Positions 35,962 to 48,438 of a DNA stretch of 64,000 bases are shown in pieces (the first letter of the stretch is position 1; each line of letters begins with the position of its first letter). The position numbers were made by a program, and so were the translations under genes. Under the pieces are notes generated by a model. It ran no database searches. It saw only the letters and a program-made list of their open reading frames with translations, and was not told the origin of the DNA. The stretch is from Schizochytrium sp. TIO01 (taxonomy: Eukaryota; Protista; Bigyra: Labyrinthulomycetes). Where the stretch lies: positions 2,208,436-2,272,435 of the forward strand of contig SMSO01000031.1 in assembly GCA_004764695.1 (NCBI GenBank), written 5' to 3'.

Positions 35962-36014
<53 letters not shown>
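35962..36014. repeat. (GGCT)n microsatellite
   Basis: Visible directly. Confidence 0.95.
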
Positions 36015-36015
<1 letters not shown>

Positions 36016-37274
36016 GTCGCCACGACTACCTTGACTCCGCTACTTAGGGAAGCGAGTGGGTCTTCTTGAGCTCTCTCTGCGTGCACGGGAACAAGAGTCC
36101 AGGCAACTCACTAACTTCAGGGCGAATCACAGCCAGCCGCTCAAAGACATCCAACAACATGTTCCATTGCAGTGTTTTCTTAGCTTTGACTTAGGGTTTA
36201 TATATTCTTAAATTAAAGAAGAGGAACATAAAATATATAAAATCACGTGAAGCAATTCACCGCGCTGGGCATTTATTTTACTCCGCAAAGGGGCTTTTAC
36301 GCATGTGAACTACTGATGCGCGATTGCTGCTTAGGGCCTAGTCCTATGAGGCCGCTTGTAATTATAGATTTTCATTCTCGTTCATGGGCATCAGAGTGCG
36401 ATGATCCACCTTCTGGTTGGTTCAACTTTTAATTAATCAATTATTAAAAAAATAAAAATAAAAATAATACCAATTATTATTGACGCCTCTATGAATCAAA
36501 TGTTTCCATCTGTCTTCAAAGTTTTCGAGAACAAGCATACTTACTACCAACCATCGCAGCGCAGTGGCCCCAGGCCAAGTCGTGCTTTACAGAAACCAAT
36601 TCTCTCCTTTTCATTAAAAAGGAAATTAAATATCTTAACGATGTGATGGTGCTGCTGTACGCAAGACTTGAGGAACTTTGTGTGCCACTGTGTGGTGATT
36701 TATAGCGCCGGGTCAATCACCCAGCGAACGCCAGGAACTGTCAATCACTTCGTTTGGAAACCGTCGTCCGTGGCTCGCCCTGGACAAGTTCACTAAGTCA
36801 TCTGCAGACACCCTCCAAACCAGAGTCGGCCTCGCCTTTCGAATCAACAAGGTGAAAACACCCGAAAGGCAGCTTCTTCGTCAACGAGTTGAGCATCTTG
36901 CCCAGTCCAGTCTACTCGCAGCCCGCTTCTTCAGACCAACCAATGCACCGCCATTTCTTCAACGTCCATGCTCTGAGCATCGCTCACTCGCCCATTCATG
37001 TGCACCCTCGCCAATAGCACATCCGTGGCTGCTGCTTTGCCGCTCTTGTGAAGTCACTGGCTCCGGTGCACGCGCTGCTCCCAAGATGAACGTGCGTGCA
37101 CAGCGTTGAGAGCGTCCGCAGGCACGTTCTTGGAGACCGGCCGGACGCCGCGCTTCTGCGGTCCCTCGAGAGAACTCGCCGGAAAGGAAACGCCATCGGT
37201 GCGAAGGAGAGACGGCGGTTGACGACTGCGCGAGCATTCCCGGCATCAAGTCTCGAGGCGACAAAGCTCCGCAC

Positions 37275-37355
<81 letters not shown>

Positions 37356-37358
37356 TTG
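37275..37358. repeat. Compound (TTG)n(ATG)n microsatellite
   Basis: Visible directly; source of spurious poly-L/M/N/I/C ORFs. Confidence 0.95.
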
Positions 37359-38177
37359 TTATTGCGATTCGGGCTTTGGCGGCCAACAAACCGTCGAACG
37401 AAGTCCTCGCGCAGGTTTCTTGAACGGATCAAACTGAGAAGCTTGAGCTTTTTGACGCTTGCATCGCATTACTGCGTGAAGCACGTGGGAGCTCGCTCTG
37501 AGGGCCCCAAGGAGTCTAGTTCCCATCTCATCGCATCTCATCTCAGCGCGCTACGAGTTCTGATCTCAGCGCAGAAACACCTCTTTGGAGGGGTCTCGAA
37601 AGACACGAGGGTGCTCAAACGAAAGAAGCGCTTTAGAAAGACCTGAACGGATCAAGAAAGACCTACTCAAGTGGAGCGAGCGAACGAAGGAATCAACAAA
37701 TCTTTGAGTCAACGAATCCGTCAACGGGCGAGCTATTCGCCCAGGCTCCTCTTCAAGATCAATCAATCAATCAATCAATCAACCGATCGATAGATCGATT
37801 TGTTCTGCTTTGCTTTGCTTTGCTTTGTTTCAAGGGAAGGACCCGTCAATTTCCTCCTCCTCCTCCTCCTCATGAATGAATCAATCGAAGCGATCTTTGC
37901 CCTCAATCGCTCTCTGTCTCTCTTCATACCCTTCGTTGGAGATCAGATCTTGCAGAAGCACGACGGTGGGACAAGGCGTCACTGCGGGGCGATTCGAGCA
38001 GCGGCGCGCCCAGGCCCTCTCGGCCCGCGACCGCTTCGAGCTGCCTTGGGCTGCTTCGAGCTTCTCGACTCGCAAAGCAGCTGGAGCAAGCGAGGCCGGC
38101 CGTCTGTTCTGTTGTGGTCCGCTTCCTGCGGCATGCGTCCCCGCAGGGCCGAAGAACTTGAAAAGTTCGCCTCATCA

Positions 38178-38235
38178 AGAGAGAGAGAGAGAGAGAGCGC
38201 TAAGTACTAAATAAATAAATAAATAAATAAATAAA
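38178..38235. repeat. (GA)n and (AAAT)n microsatellites
   Basis: Visible directly. Confidence 0.9.
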
Positions 38236-38776
38236 AGATGTTTGAGTTGAGGCGGAGAAGACGAAGGATAAAGCGAACCTTGGATGCAGTTTTGGTTGTT
38301 CTCCAATCCAAGCTCTTCTGGACTGACTGGCTGGAGACCGGTTTCTTTCAAGGTACGCAGGTTCCTCCGGAGCTTCTCGAACTCGATCCTTGGTATGGAT
38401 GCTTTGGCGACTTCAGGTTCCGTCGAGCGGAGACGATCGGCACTGGGAAATAGGAGAAAGAACAAGAGGTCAACTTTTTCTCTTTATTGCGACGACCAAT
38501 TAGGTTTGAAAGAGCAGTGTTCAATTTTTGAAGACGTTTTTAACTTTAAAACAGAAGAGTCATTGTTTTTCAAGTCAACAACGCGAGGCGTGAGAATCGC
38601 CGCCGTGTTTTCCCATCTTCTTCTCTTCCAAAGAAAACTAAAATACTTCTTACACCTTAGTACACCATGTGATAAACTGCTAGCATATAGTATATAAATT
38701 GCTTTTTTAATATTTTTTATTCTTTTATTCTTTTAATAAAATTAATGAAATTAATTTTGAAATATAACATGGTTCG

Positions 38777-38809
<33 letters not shown>

Positions 38810-39230
38810 AATAATACTACTAGGTTTGTCTGTATTATGGCCTCTATCCGGTTGCCCTGGAAAATAATAATAATACGAAGTTCTGCGAAGAGCTAGCTAG
38901 CTCCTTTTCTCAACAAGCGACCTGAACTTGAGGAGAGGGAGGCTCAGGGGAGGCGAAGGAGCCACAGGTCATCGCGAAATGAGGTGATTGGAGGTCAGTG
39001 TTCATCACGAGATCTTCGGCCGTCGAGCTGTCCAGCTCACGCTGCTCAGTCTGAGCAGCAAAACAGCAAGCAAGGGTGCAGAAAGCGAGCAGCTTCAGGC
39101 CACAACTAAGCAGTAATAGTCAGCCAGAATCTGGAAAGAGAAGTCAGAGAGCAGCGGCAGAGGGATAGAAAGAGAGAAAGAATGAAAGAAAGGGCTTTGA
39201 AAGAATAGGAAAGAAGGAAATAAATAAATT

Positions 39231-39274
<44 letters not shown>

Positions 39275-39280
39275 AGGAAA
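39231..39280. repeat. (AAAG)n microsatellite
   Basis: Visible directly. Confidence 0.9.
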
Positions 39281-40528
39281 GAAGGAAGAGCAGGAACTTT
39301 GTGCTGCCAAGGCACGCCATTTATGTTCTGTACTGGAAGAAGAACAGCCCTGCCTGCTTCTTTCAGTGCGCGCTTAGCTATTAAGTGCCTCCTATGCTTA
39401 TCCTTAGGACACCGGGAAGCAAGCCGGGGGAAAGGGTGGACAGGGAGCGAGTGAGAGAACTAACTTTCAAGAAGCGAAATGAAATGACATGAAATGAAAT
39501 GAAATGACTTGAAAGAATGAATGAAAAACTCAGACTTCTTAGCTGCCGATGCGTTTCGAAGAACATGCTCAGAAGATGGACGATCTGCAGTTTTGCCAAT
39601 TGTGGAGATGTAAATGAGGTTTATTTCCGCAAGTTTTGCACGCGATTGATCAATTGAGAACCTTTCTGTTCTCTACCACTCTTCATGTTGTGAATGTTCG
39701 ACCTATTTAGTGATCTTTATGATGACAGGATGGAATAAGGACAGAGAGAGGAGCTTTGGATAATGATGGCGATGATATATATGATGGACGAAAGCCAAAA
39801 ACACTCGCAAGAACATTGTAACTACGTTTCAAGTCGATCGGCGAAAAGCGAATGAGCTCTCTCGCTTCTCCGAGGGCTTGAACTGAGAGCGTTGCAGCCT
39901 CCTCACGGCCACCTTTGCGAACGAACCTCTTTGCGCCATGAACTTAGTTATCCTATCCGTATGATTGAGCCTTTCGATTGCATTTAGGCTATTTGCGAAA
40001 TTCATTTTCCTAAGAAAAGGAAGAATCTTTAGAAAGTGAACGAAAGAATGGGTGAATGACTGTATGTATGGATGGATATATGGATGTATGGATGTATGTA
40101 CAGCCGCCAGAATTACAAATGAATCGCTAAAGAGCTACATTCAATGAGGAAGATCCGCACTTGTGGAAAGAGAGTCCTTTCAACCTTGCGAAAGCAAAAC
40201 AGGGTCACACAACTTCTTTCAAAGACTCCTGGCGGTGTGCTAAAAAGTAGTAGAGAGAATCTTTTTTGAATGAGTAAAAAAGGAGCCTTCAACCTCCAAA
40301 GATGTGGACTGAGTTACGATCCAAAGTGGTTCTTATTACTTTCTTTCTACTTCCCTTTCTTTCTTACACATCGCTCGAAGCGTCGGCTTTAGGGCCCCTT
40401 TCCACAGCCGAGCGGAGTTTTCGAGCGGTCGTATTCCCTCTGAAGGAGCGTGGGTACCTCTGCGACTGCCGTCAAACTGAAATGAAAATGGCCCTTTCGC
40501 GGTCCTCAATGTGTGAATGGATGATAAA

Positions 40529-40595
40529 CATTCATTCATTCATTCATTCATTCATTCATTCATTCATTCATTCATTCATTCATTCATTCATTCAT
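40529..40595. repeat. (ATTC)n microsatellite
   Basis: Visible directly. Confidence 0.95.
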
Positions 40596-43500
40596 ACCAC
40601 CGCAAAGCAGAAGAGGCCTTTTCTACAGCCTAAATAGAAAAACCCTCTGTTTTCGGAAATTGACCCTGTTCAAAGGAAATGAGGGAATTGGCTTTGAAGT
40701 CTTCAGCTCTTCGAAAAGGAGAACTTCTTAGCCTGCAAAAGTGCGCTTGCAAGAAAACAGAGCCTTTCACGTGACCAAGAGTAAGTCAACAAACCGCATT
40801 TCTCAGTCAGGCGATCTCAGCAATGAAAGAGGACGGCCATGACTCAATTGCCGCCTCAAAAGTCAGGCAGTCAGTCAGTCAGTCAGACTCGCACAGCTCT
40901 GACTTCAAATTGTGACCGGTCCGTCCGTCATGGACTCTTAGTTAGTTCATGAGAGGCGCGAGTCTTTCTTTCTTTCCTTCTTTCTTTCCTTCTTTCAAAG
41001 CCCTTTCTTTCTCTCCTCCTCTGATTCAAATTCATTCGCTTTTCTGCTGTCAATCAGACGGAGTCACCTCTTTCACCTCTTTCACCTCTTTCATCTCTTT
41101 CACTGCTTGAACAACAAACGGGTAGCCAGGTCTGTCGACTTGGCGAGTACTGTGCTGCCCTAGTCGAGCATAAGGTACTGACTGCAGTTCCACTCTGAGG
41201 CTGCGAAGAGTCGCAGTCCAAGATGGCCTAAGAAGCACCCACCTCCCTGATTGATAGGTTTGCTTGCGATTTCGATTGATGGAAAGATGAGCAGATGGAC
41301 TGCAGATCTGATTCAGTTGGAGATTCTGACTGACTGGCTGGCTGGCTGACTGTCTGTCTGGCGATTGGTCGATCGGTTCATAGATTTGTTTGTTGATTGG
41401 CTGCTGTGCACAAGGATATTTTAATGTGCAGAGATTGTGTACGTAGGTATGGCTAGCTAGCGCTAGTTAGTTTAACTAACTGTTAGCTATGGCAGTACGA
41501 GCCTCCTCCAAGCACGCCGTTTTTCAGAAGCGATGGATAAAATGAACCTCATTGATTTGCAAGTATATAAGTTAACTTGGTGTTGCGCAGAGGGAGTCTA
41601 ATCTATTCTTGGGACCCGCGGAATTGGCGATTTCGTTTGGCAAGAGTTGGCATTCATTTGCAGCTCTCGACATCTAAAGGTTCATCTCGTTCTCATATAT
41701 TCTCGTTGATTGTCGTCTGACCGCTTGTTTTCGATTATTTAATAAACATGGAAAGAATAGGAAGATATAACTAGTATTTAAAATATAATATTCAATTTTG
41801 TTGGTTTGTATATATATAAAATACATTTTATTTTATTTTATTCTATTTTAAAATTAACATATATAGAAATAGATCATGGAAGAACAACCGATCACAGGCA
41901 CTGACAGTGGCTCGGACCTCGGGCGCACTATGTACTCGCGCGCCGAGGTCTGAGACCCGAGAGGATCTTTTGGTTCAGGACGTTGTGCCGCTCAACCAAG
42001 GCTTCCTTCCTTGCCTTTCTTGAGTGCACAGGTCTTTTCCTCTGGCCAAGCGCCCTCAGGCTGGCCAACCTGGGCGGCGAGGGAAGCAGCGATGTCGAAT
42101 GCGCCATTCTTGTCAAGAAGAAGCATCGCTCATCGCTCATCGCTGTCGCCTTCGGTGTGCTAGAGCCTTCAAGGCGATCAAGATAGTCCCCCGCTTCGAC
42201 GATTCATCCCAGTTGCCTTGAAGTATGCTCGAGCTGGCAATGCTTCTCTGTCTCCCAGACTTGCAATATGGACGTCGCGCTACAGTCTCGTTGGGCAACT
42301 TTCCGAGGATACCGTGGCGTCTCAGCGATGCTACTTCAAGAACTAGTATCCCGTCAGTTTTGAGAAACTCAAGCCCAAAGCCATCGACCGCGACCGCGTT
42401 TCCTATCAAACTTCTTGCCTTTGCAAACTCAAGTATACTCGCATCACGTCTCTATTGAGAACGCTTTCGTCTCGCCTTCGCCTCGCTGTAGTTGGGAAAC
42501 GAGGGTTCTCTCAGAGTGTGTACCTACCTCTCATTTTGCGCTCATGCTCATGCACCAAAGCACGACGTCCAGCCTCTTGACCGAGAAAGCGCCCTTACTA
42601 CAACCAAATAAAGCCGCTGTTGTCGCAGAAGCGCAGCAGCAGTTCGTCAGTTCTTTCATGTAGCTAGCGAAGCGCCCACAACGTTGCAGCAAGAATGCTC
42701 CGGTGCATTGGGTGCTTAGCTCCCGTCGAAAGTAAGAGACAAGAGCAGGGAATGCCGTGGCACGCTGTTGCACTCTGTTGTAGGGGTCCCGTGCGGTGCA
42801 TAGGCACGGGAACTACACTTCTCACTATTCGCAGACTATGAAGAAGGCGTTGACAACAGCGCTTTCCAGACTTGAAGCGCCTCTCAGATTTGCCGCGAAG
42901 GTTTGACCCCGCGAGCTTGCTGCCACGAGCGCTTCGCGCGCATCGCGCATCGTGCATTGCTCATCGCCTTTTCACCCCTCTAGCTTTTCTTTAGTGTTTT
43001 TTTGTTATTTTCAATATCCACAGTTTTAATGGCCGGAGGGTGCTGATTGCTTGCGAGAAAGATGGCGAGAATGTTTGCGGCTCAGACGCAGGGGCCTGAG
43101 TCTCGTAGGGCTTTGCCTCTGCTCAAGCAAGTCAATTCGAGGCGCATTCGAAGCGAAGAAGGAGAACATATCCCTCACGTTCTTCTAGATCGTTCCTTTT
43201 TCGAGTTGAGTAGGAGGAAGAAATTAGAACGAAGGAGAGAAAGACTCTTCTTTGGGTCGAATTTCTTCACATCTTCATAAATAAAACAAGAAAAAAAATT
43301 AAAGTATATTGTTTTTGTTTTTCCTACTGGTGAGTTTTTTGAAACAAACTGAGGGGGAGTAATTTCCATATATATATATAATATATTTAAAATTAATTTC
43401 AATTAGAAATTATTAAATAAAGCTATATTGCATATAAATTAAAACAACATCTTCCCTCTCTTACTATCTATCATTTTCTTCTCCCTTTCCCCCAAACTCT

Positions 43501-43794
43501 GAGAAAAGAAAGAGAAAAGAAAGAGAAAAGAAAGACCTGTTTGTGTAATGGACACGATCGACGAATTATAATCATGGCATTATTGCACCTTTTCCCACTA
43601 CATCTTTGAGAGCAGCTCTCTGCCGTGTTGGAAAGACAAGGAACGCAAGACAGACTAGTGCTTGCTCCATTGCTCCATCCATTCCTCCAATCAAGCACCA
43701 TCGACCTCGAATCAAACCTACAGAGCATCGTTTCGCTTCGAAAGATCGATTGCGTTCGTGCGGAACCCGACTCCTCTCGACCGCCACGGATGAA

Positions 43795-43918
43795 GAATGG
43801 ATGAATGAATGGATGAATGAATGGATGAATGAATGAATGAATGAATGAATGAATGAATGAATGAATGAATGAATGAATGAATGAATGAATGAATGAATGA
43901 GTGATGAATGATGAATGA
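43795..43918. repeat. (GAAT)n microsatellite with GGAT variants
   Basis: Visible directly. Confidence 0.95.
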
Positions 43919-44031
43919 AGCTTCTGCGACGAGGAGGCCAATCGTTTTCATAGATGGTGAGAGGGTCTTCTAAACAGAGAGAAAGAGAGAACGAGAGAGA
44001 AGGGCTCTTTCCAAGAAGGTTTGGAGAAGAC

Positions 44032-44138
44032 CTTGACTCGAAGAAGAGCTTGAACTCGAGGAGAACTTGAACTCGAAGAAGAGCTTGGACTCGAAGAAGA
44101 ACTTGATTGAGCTCGAAGAGGAACTTGATTGAACTCGA
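44032..44138. repeat. Degenerate ~18-bp minisatellite (consensus approx. CTTGAACTCGAAGAAGAR), about 6 units
   Basis: Repeated ...CTCGAAGAAGA.CTTG... units visible directly. Confidence 0.8.
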
Positions 44139-44537
44139 CGCCAGCCACTAAACAGCTGGCAGATAGCTAGCTAGCTAGCTAGCAAAGTAGCGAAATCGCG
44201 AAATCATCACGAGCTCTCTTAGCAGCTCACTCCCAGCGAATCGCTCTGGGCCTCCTCAATTACAGGTCACCAGGACAACCAGAGACAAGAGAGGGCCTTG
44301 AAGAAGTAGATTTATTGCGCCAACCATGAGGAACAAAGCTCACTCTCACTCAGTCAGGCGGCTAAACAAGAAGAGTCGAGCTGTGAACACCCAAGTTTGC
44401 AGCAGAGGAGAGGGAGGCGGAAGAAAGCACCCACGTACGTACACGCTATCGAAGGAGAGACCTGAGACAGAGAGAGAGAGAGAGAGTTAGAGAGAGTTGT
44501 TGAGGGGAGAGCGGAAGAGAAAGACAGGCTCCCGGGC

Positions 44538-44575
<38 letters not shown>
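44538..44575. repeat. (TTG)n microsatellite
   Basis: Visible directly. Confidence 0.95.
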
Positions 44576-45154
44576 CTTTCCTTCTCCAGAGCTAGCAAGG
44601 AGGTACGCAGTGATCGTGTGCGTACTTCTGCATTCTTCGAGGCGGCGATGGCCCTGACTGCGTTTTTGAGAGAAAGAACATAAAATGGTTGATAATAAAG
44701 TAAAATAAAATAATATAAAACTACAATTTATTTAACTAACATAAAAATGAAAATAAGATAAAGATAAGAATTATTATTGTTATTATTATCATTAAGCATA
44801 TGCATTGGCCGAATGAATCAATCGTCGCTCAGTCCGTGAGCAAATCGGCTGACGCTGCTGAGGAAGGAGAGGCTGAGGGTATGTGATTGCGCTCGAGCAG
44901 CGGCTTCTCTGGTCTATGTGCACGCCAGCCAGCCAGCCAGCCAGCGAGCGAGCTAGCTAGCTAGCTACTGCGCGTGCGGTGGGCCGTGCGGAATACGCGC
45001 ACGCGAACCTTGGGAAGTGCGCCTCTCTCTCTCAGAGTCTGTCTGCCTTTGTGTCTGTGTGTCCAAAATGAGCAATTTTATTTAAGTTTAAGTTTACTTC
45101 TCCATTCCCCCCTTCTTCTCCCTTCTATCTCCCTCAAAGAAGCGAAAAGCCCAA

Positions 45155-45155
45155 T

Positions 45156-45247
<92 letters not shown>

Positions 45248-45291
45248 TTGCTCTTTCTTTCTTTTGCTCTTTCTTTCTTTCTTTCTTTTGC

Positions 45292-45331
<40 letters not shown>

Positions 45332-45359
45332 TTGCTCTTTCTTTCTTTCTTTCTTTTGC

Positions 45360-45391
<32 letters not shown>

Positions 45392-45455
45392 TTGCTCTTT
45401 CTTTCTTTCTTTCTTTCTTTTGCTCTTTCTTTCTTTCTTTTGCTATTTCTTTTGC

Positions 45456-45487
<32 letters not shown>

Positions 45488-45590
45488 TTGCTCTTTCTTT
45501 CTTTCTTTCTTTCTTTTGCTCTTTCTTTCTTTCTTTTGCTATTTCTTTTGCTCTTTCTTTTGCTCTTTCTTTTGCTCTTTCTTTTTGCTC
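45155..45590. repeat. ~435-bp polypyrimidine tract: (TTTC)n interspersed with TTTTGCTC/TTTTGCTA
   Basis: Visible directly; source of the spurious FFLS/KKER ORFs. Confidence 0.97.
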
Positions 45591-46136
45591 ATTGTGCACT
45601 AAATTAGAACATAAATAAAAAGCAAGTCTTATTTTCTTTAAAATTAAAATGAAAAGGACACTCGGCATAAAGCGTGCCGAAGGAGCGATGCAATGAAGAT
45701 CATCAATGAAGATCATCACAATAACAAGGACACAGACGGTCGTATGAAAGAAAATAAATGCGTAGTCGTTGTTTGAGACACAGAAGGTACCTACTACTGT
45801 TTTCGTAGAAGTGATCTAATGCTGTGGTATCGGCTAGATGGAACTTGGTCGGGGATCCATCTATCTCTCTATCTATTGATCTATATATTTGTCCTCAAGT
45901 CACTTGGTCCAATTCAAGGCAATCGACAGCTTGGGCAGCTCGGCCTCTCTCGCGTCGCTCCTCGCAAAGACGGGCATCAAAAAGCTCTCCAGCTCACGAG
46001 CAAAGCCATCTCTACATGTCGCTGGTCTGTAAAGCAGACAAAGGCGGCGGAGGCCGAGATTATGGAGCTGAGGAACTCAGGTTAGGTTTCTTTCACGCTG
46101 CAAATGGGAACCAACTTGAAGAGGAGACAATCGATA

Positions 46137-46173
46137 ATAGATAGATAAATAGATAGATAGATAGACAGATAGA
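46137..46173. repeat. (GATA)n microsatellite
   Basis: Visible directly. Confidence 0.85.
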
Positions 46174-47305
46174 TGGCGAAGAGGGTGTGTACTACGTACG
46201 CACGTGAGGGTTTGTGAAGAATGGCGCAGTGGGAACGAGGTCGGTGCCGCAGCCTTTGCGAGAGGTGCACCTCTAGCTAGGCAGCAGCTGCAGATGCTCG
46301 CAAGTGGAGGCAGAGGACACCTCCTCCTGAGGAGCAAGACGCATCGCGACGTGACGGTGATCATATTTGTCGCTCATGGCTGGATAGCTTGCTGCAGCTC
46401 CCCGGTGGAAGCAGCAACATCTCGAGTCGTACCGCTACGTCGACTTCGTCTCGCTGGCGTGAAGCTCGAGCATCGCCACTGACGTTGCAGTCATCGGCAC
46501 TACCACCACCGCAGGCAAACTAGTTGCCTGCGGTGGCGCCAAGTCCTCTGGCTGGTGAGCTTTGACGCGAGCCCTTGTGCTTTCAGGAGGAGTCATCAGC
46601 GGCTCGCTCCTTCATCCATCTCATGGACTCCCTCGCACACCGTGCACGGAAAGTACCGCTACAGAAGGACAGTGACCGAGAGGGCTTTATTGAGTACTCG
46701 CAGGCGCTCTTGGAGCACAGCGAGAGCGGCGTGCCGAGTCAATCATCTGCTGCAAACACGCACACACACGCAGACGTGGAGAAAGATACCTTGCTAAGCT
46801 CCCGCTCGCGATTCGTACGAACTTGTTGAAGAACGTGAGTGAGGTAAGCGAGCACACAATCTTCAGAATCTCAGAGAGTCAATGCGGAGGGAGAGATTCG
46901 AAGAAGTAGAGTGCGAAGAGCTCAGGCTCAATTGCTCAGACACACAGCAGACACGCGCGATGACGACGGTGATTACGAGGATGACACGTCTATTGCAGGT
47001 TTTCAAGCGACGATCATCATGTCACCGACCTGATTAGCAATGGACAGTTTTTTTGTGAAGATTTTATGGTATTATTATTCATTCATTCGGTGTTCATTTG
47101 TCCCTCAAGAAAGAAGGAAGGACAGGAACGAACGTTAAAAAGTATTCATTCAGCCTCTGTCTACTATGAAATGAAATTAAATAAAATTATTCACAACAAA
47201 TAAATCAAAGTTCATTTATACTTACATTAAAAGAAGAATGTTCTTCAGAAGAAGTGAAAGTTCCTGCGAAGCAGAGCTGGAAAGAGAAAAGGCGCCGACC
47301 AAAAC

Positions 47306-47340
<35 letters not shown>

Positions 47341-48403
47341 CTCTGCTCAAGAGCAAAAGGCTCTGAGAAAAGAAAGACTGAAAGAAAGTAAGAAAGACAG
47401 GCCTCCTCAAAGAGAGTTCCGCTGCTGTTGGTCTCCCGTCAGTCTTTCACGGGTGTCTGTCTTCTTCGTACCTCCTTCATTGTTTCTCTAGCTAGAGTGT
47501 TCGCCTCTCTCGGTGTGCAGTAAAGTATCTCTTCACTTGCTTGCTTGCTTGCTTGCTTGTCTTTCTCCAAAGCACTCTGTGCGGCTGGAGCTTTGGAAGA
47601 AAGAGAGCTCGATCGATGATGTAGTATGCGAGTAATTCAAGCGATTTATTCATTCATTCATTCATTCATTCATTTTGCGAGATTGAAAGATGATCGAGTG
47701 AGTGCGTGTAAATAAACTCTTTTCGCGAGACCCTCTTTCTCTTCCTTTCACTCCGCCTGCTCAAACTTTGCGCTTCTTCGTTCGTGGGTCTGCTGTCTGT
47801 CTCTCCGTGACGTAAAGAGGAACGAGGCGGAGCAGTCTCGAAGCTGCGAAGAAGCTGCGAAGCGAGGGGAAACCTTCTTCGATCACCAGTCAGTGAATCG
47901 ATTCTTGAGAGCAAGAACTCTCGCTGCTGGAAAGGCGAAGAAGAAGAGGCGACCGGAGAGACAGAAGACAGACAGTGAGTCAGTCATTTATTTATTCGAT
48001 CTGAAAGAGAGAGGAGAGAGTTTGAAGCAACAATGAAGAAAGAAACCACTTCTAGCGAGTCACTTACCCCCTTCGCTACTTCTCTGATAAAAAGAACACT
48101 TGACTGTCCTGTCTGTTTGGAGCTTACGAATCGACCATTTCGTTCATCACCTCTGTGAAAGTCGTCCTCGCTCCTCTCTCTGCAAATGGTTATAAAATAA
48201 TTCAATTCTGTTTTCTCTGAAAAGGCGAATATAAGATCGATTGGTCGCAAGATTGCAAGATAAGTGATGTGCTTTTATAAGTTAAAGAAAGCAAGAACTG
48301 CTGTTTTCTTGTTTGAGACTTTGAAAGGCGACCTAGGCTCGCCCTAAGCGGCGGTAGGGAAATTGGTGGGTTGGAAGAAAGAAAGCCTTCGCCGCGTGGA
48401 GAA

Positions 48404-48438
<35 letters not shown>
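48404..48438. repeat. (TGTC)n microsatellite
   Basis: Visible directly. Confidence 0.9.

Noticed and set aside
36959-37646. ORFs with poly-N/I/L/M/C
   Set aside because: Produced by the (TTG)n(ATG)n microsatellite.
41928-42957. GC-rich stretch with several short overlapping ORFs
   Set aside because: No consistent frame or recognisable domain, so neither a gene nor a pseudogene call can be supported.
44032-44138. CRISPR-like array
   Set aside because: The units are directly tandem without unique spacers; eukaryotic context and no cas genes.
44974-45719. 214-aa FFLS-repeat and 213-aa KKER-repeat ORFs
   Set aside because: Translations of the (TTTC)n tract.
46936-47020. Minus-strand ATGATGA ... 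CTGA, possible C/D snoRNA
   Set aside because: No terminal stem or recognisable guide complementarity.
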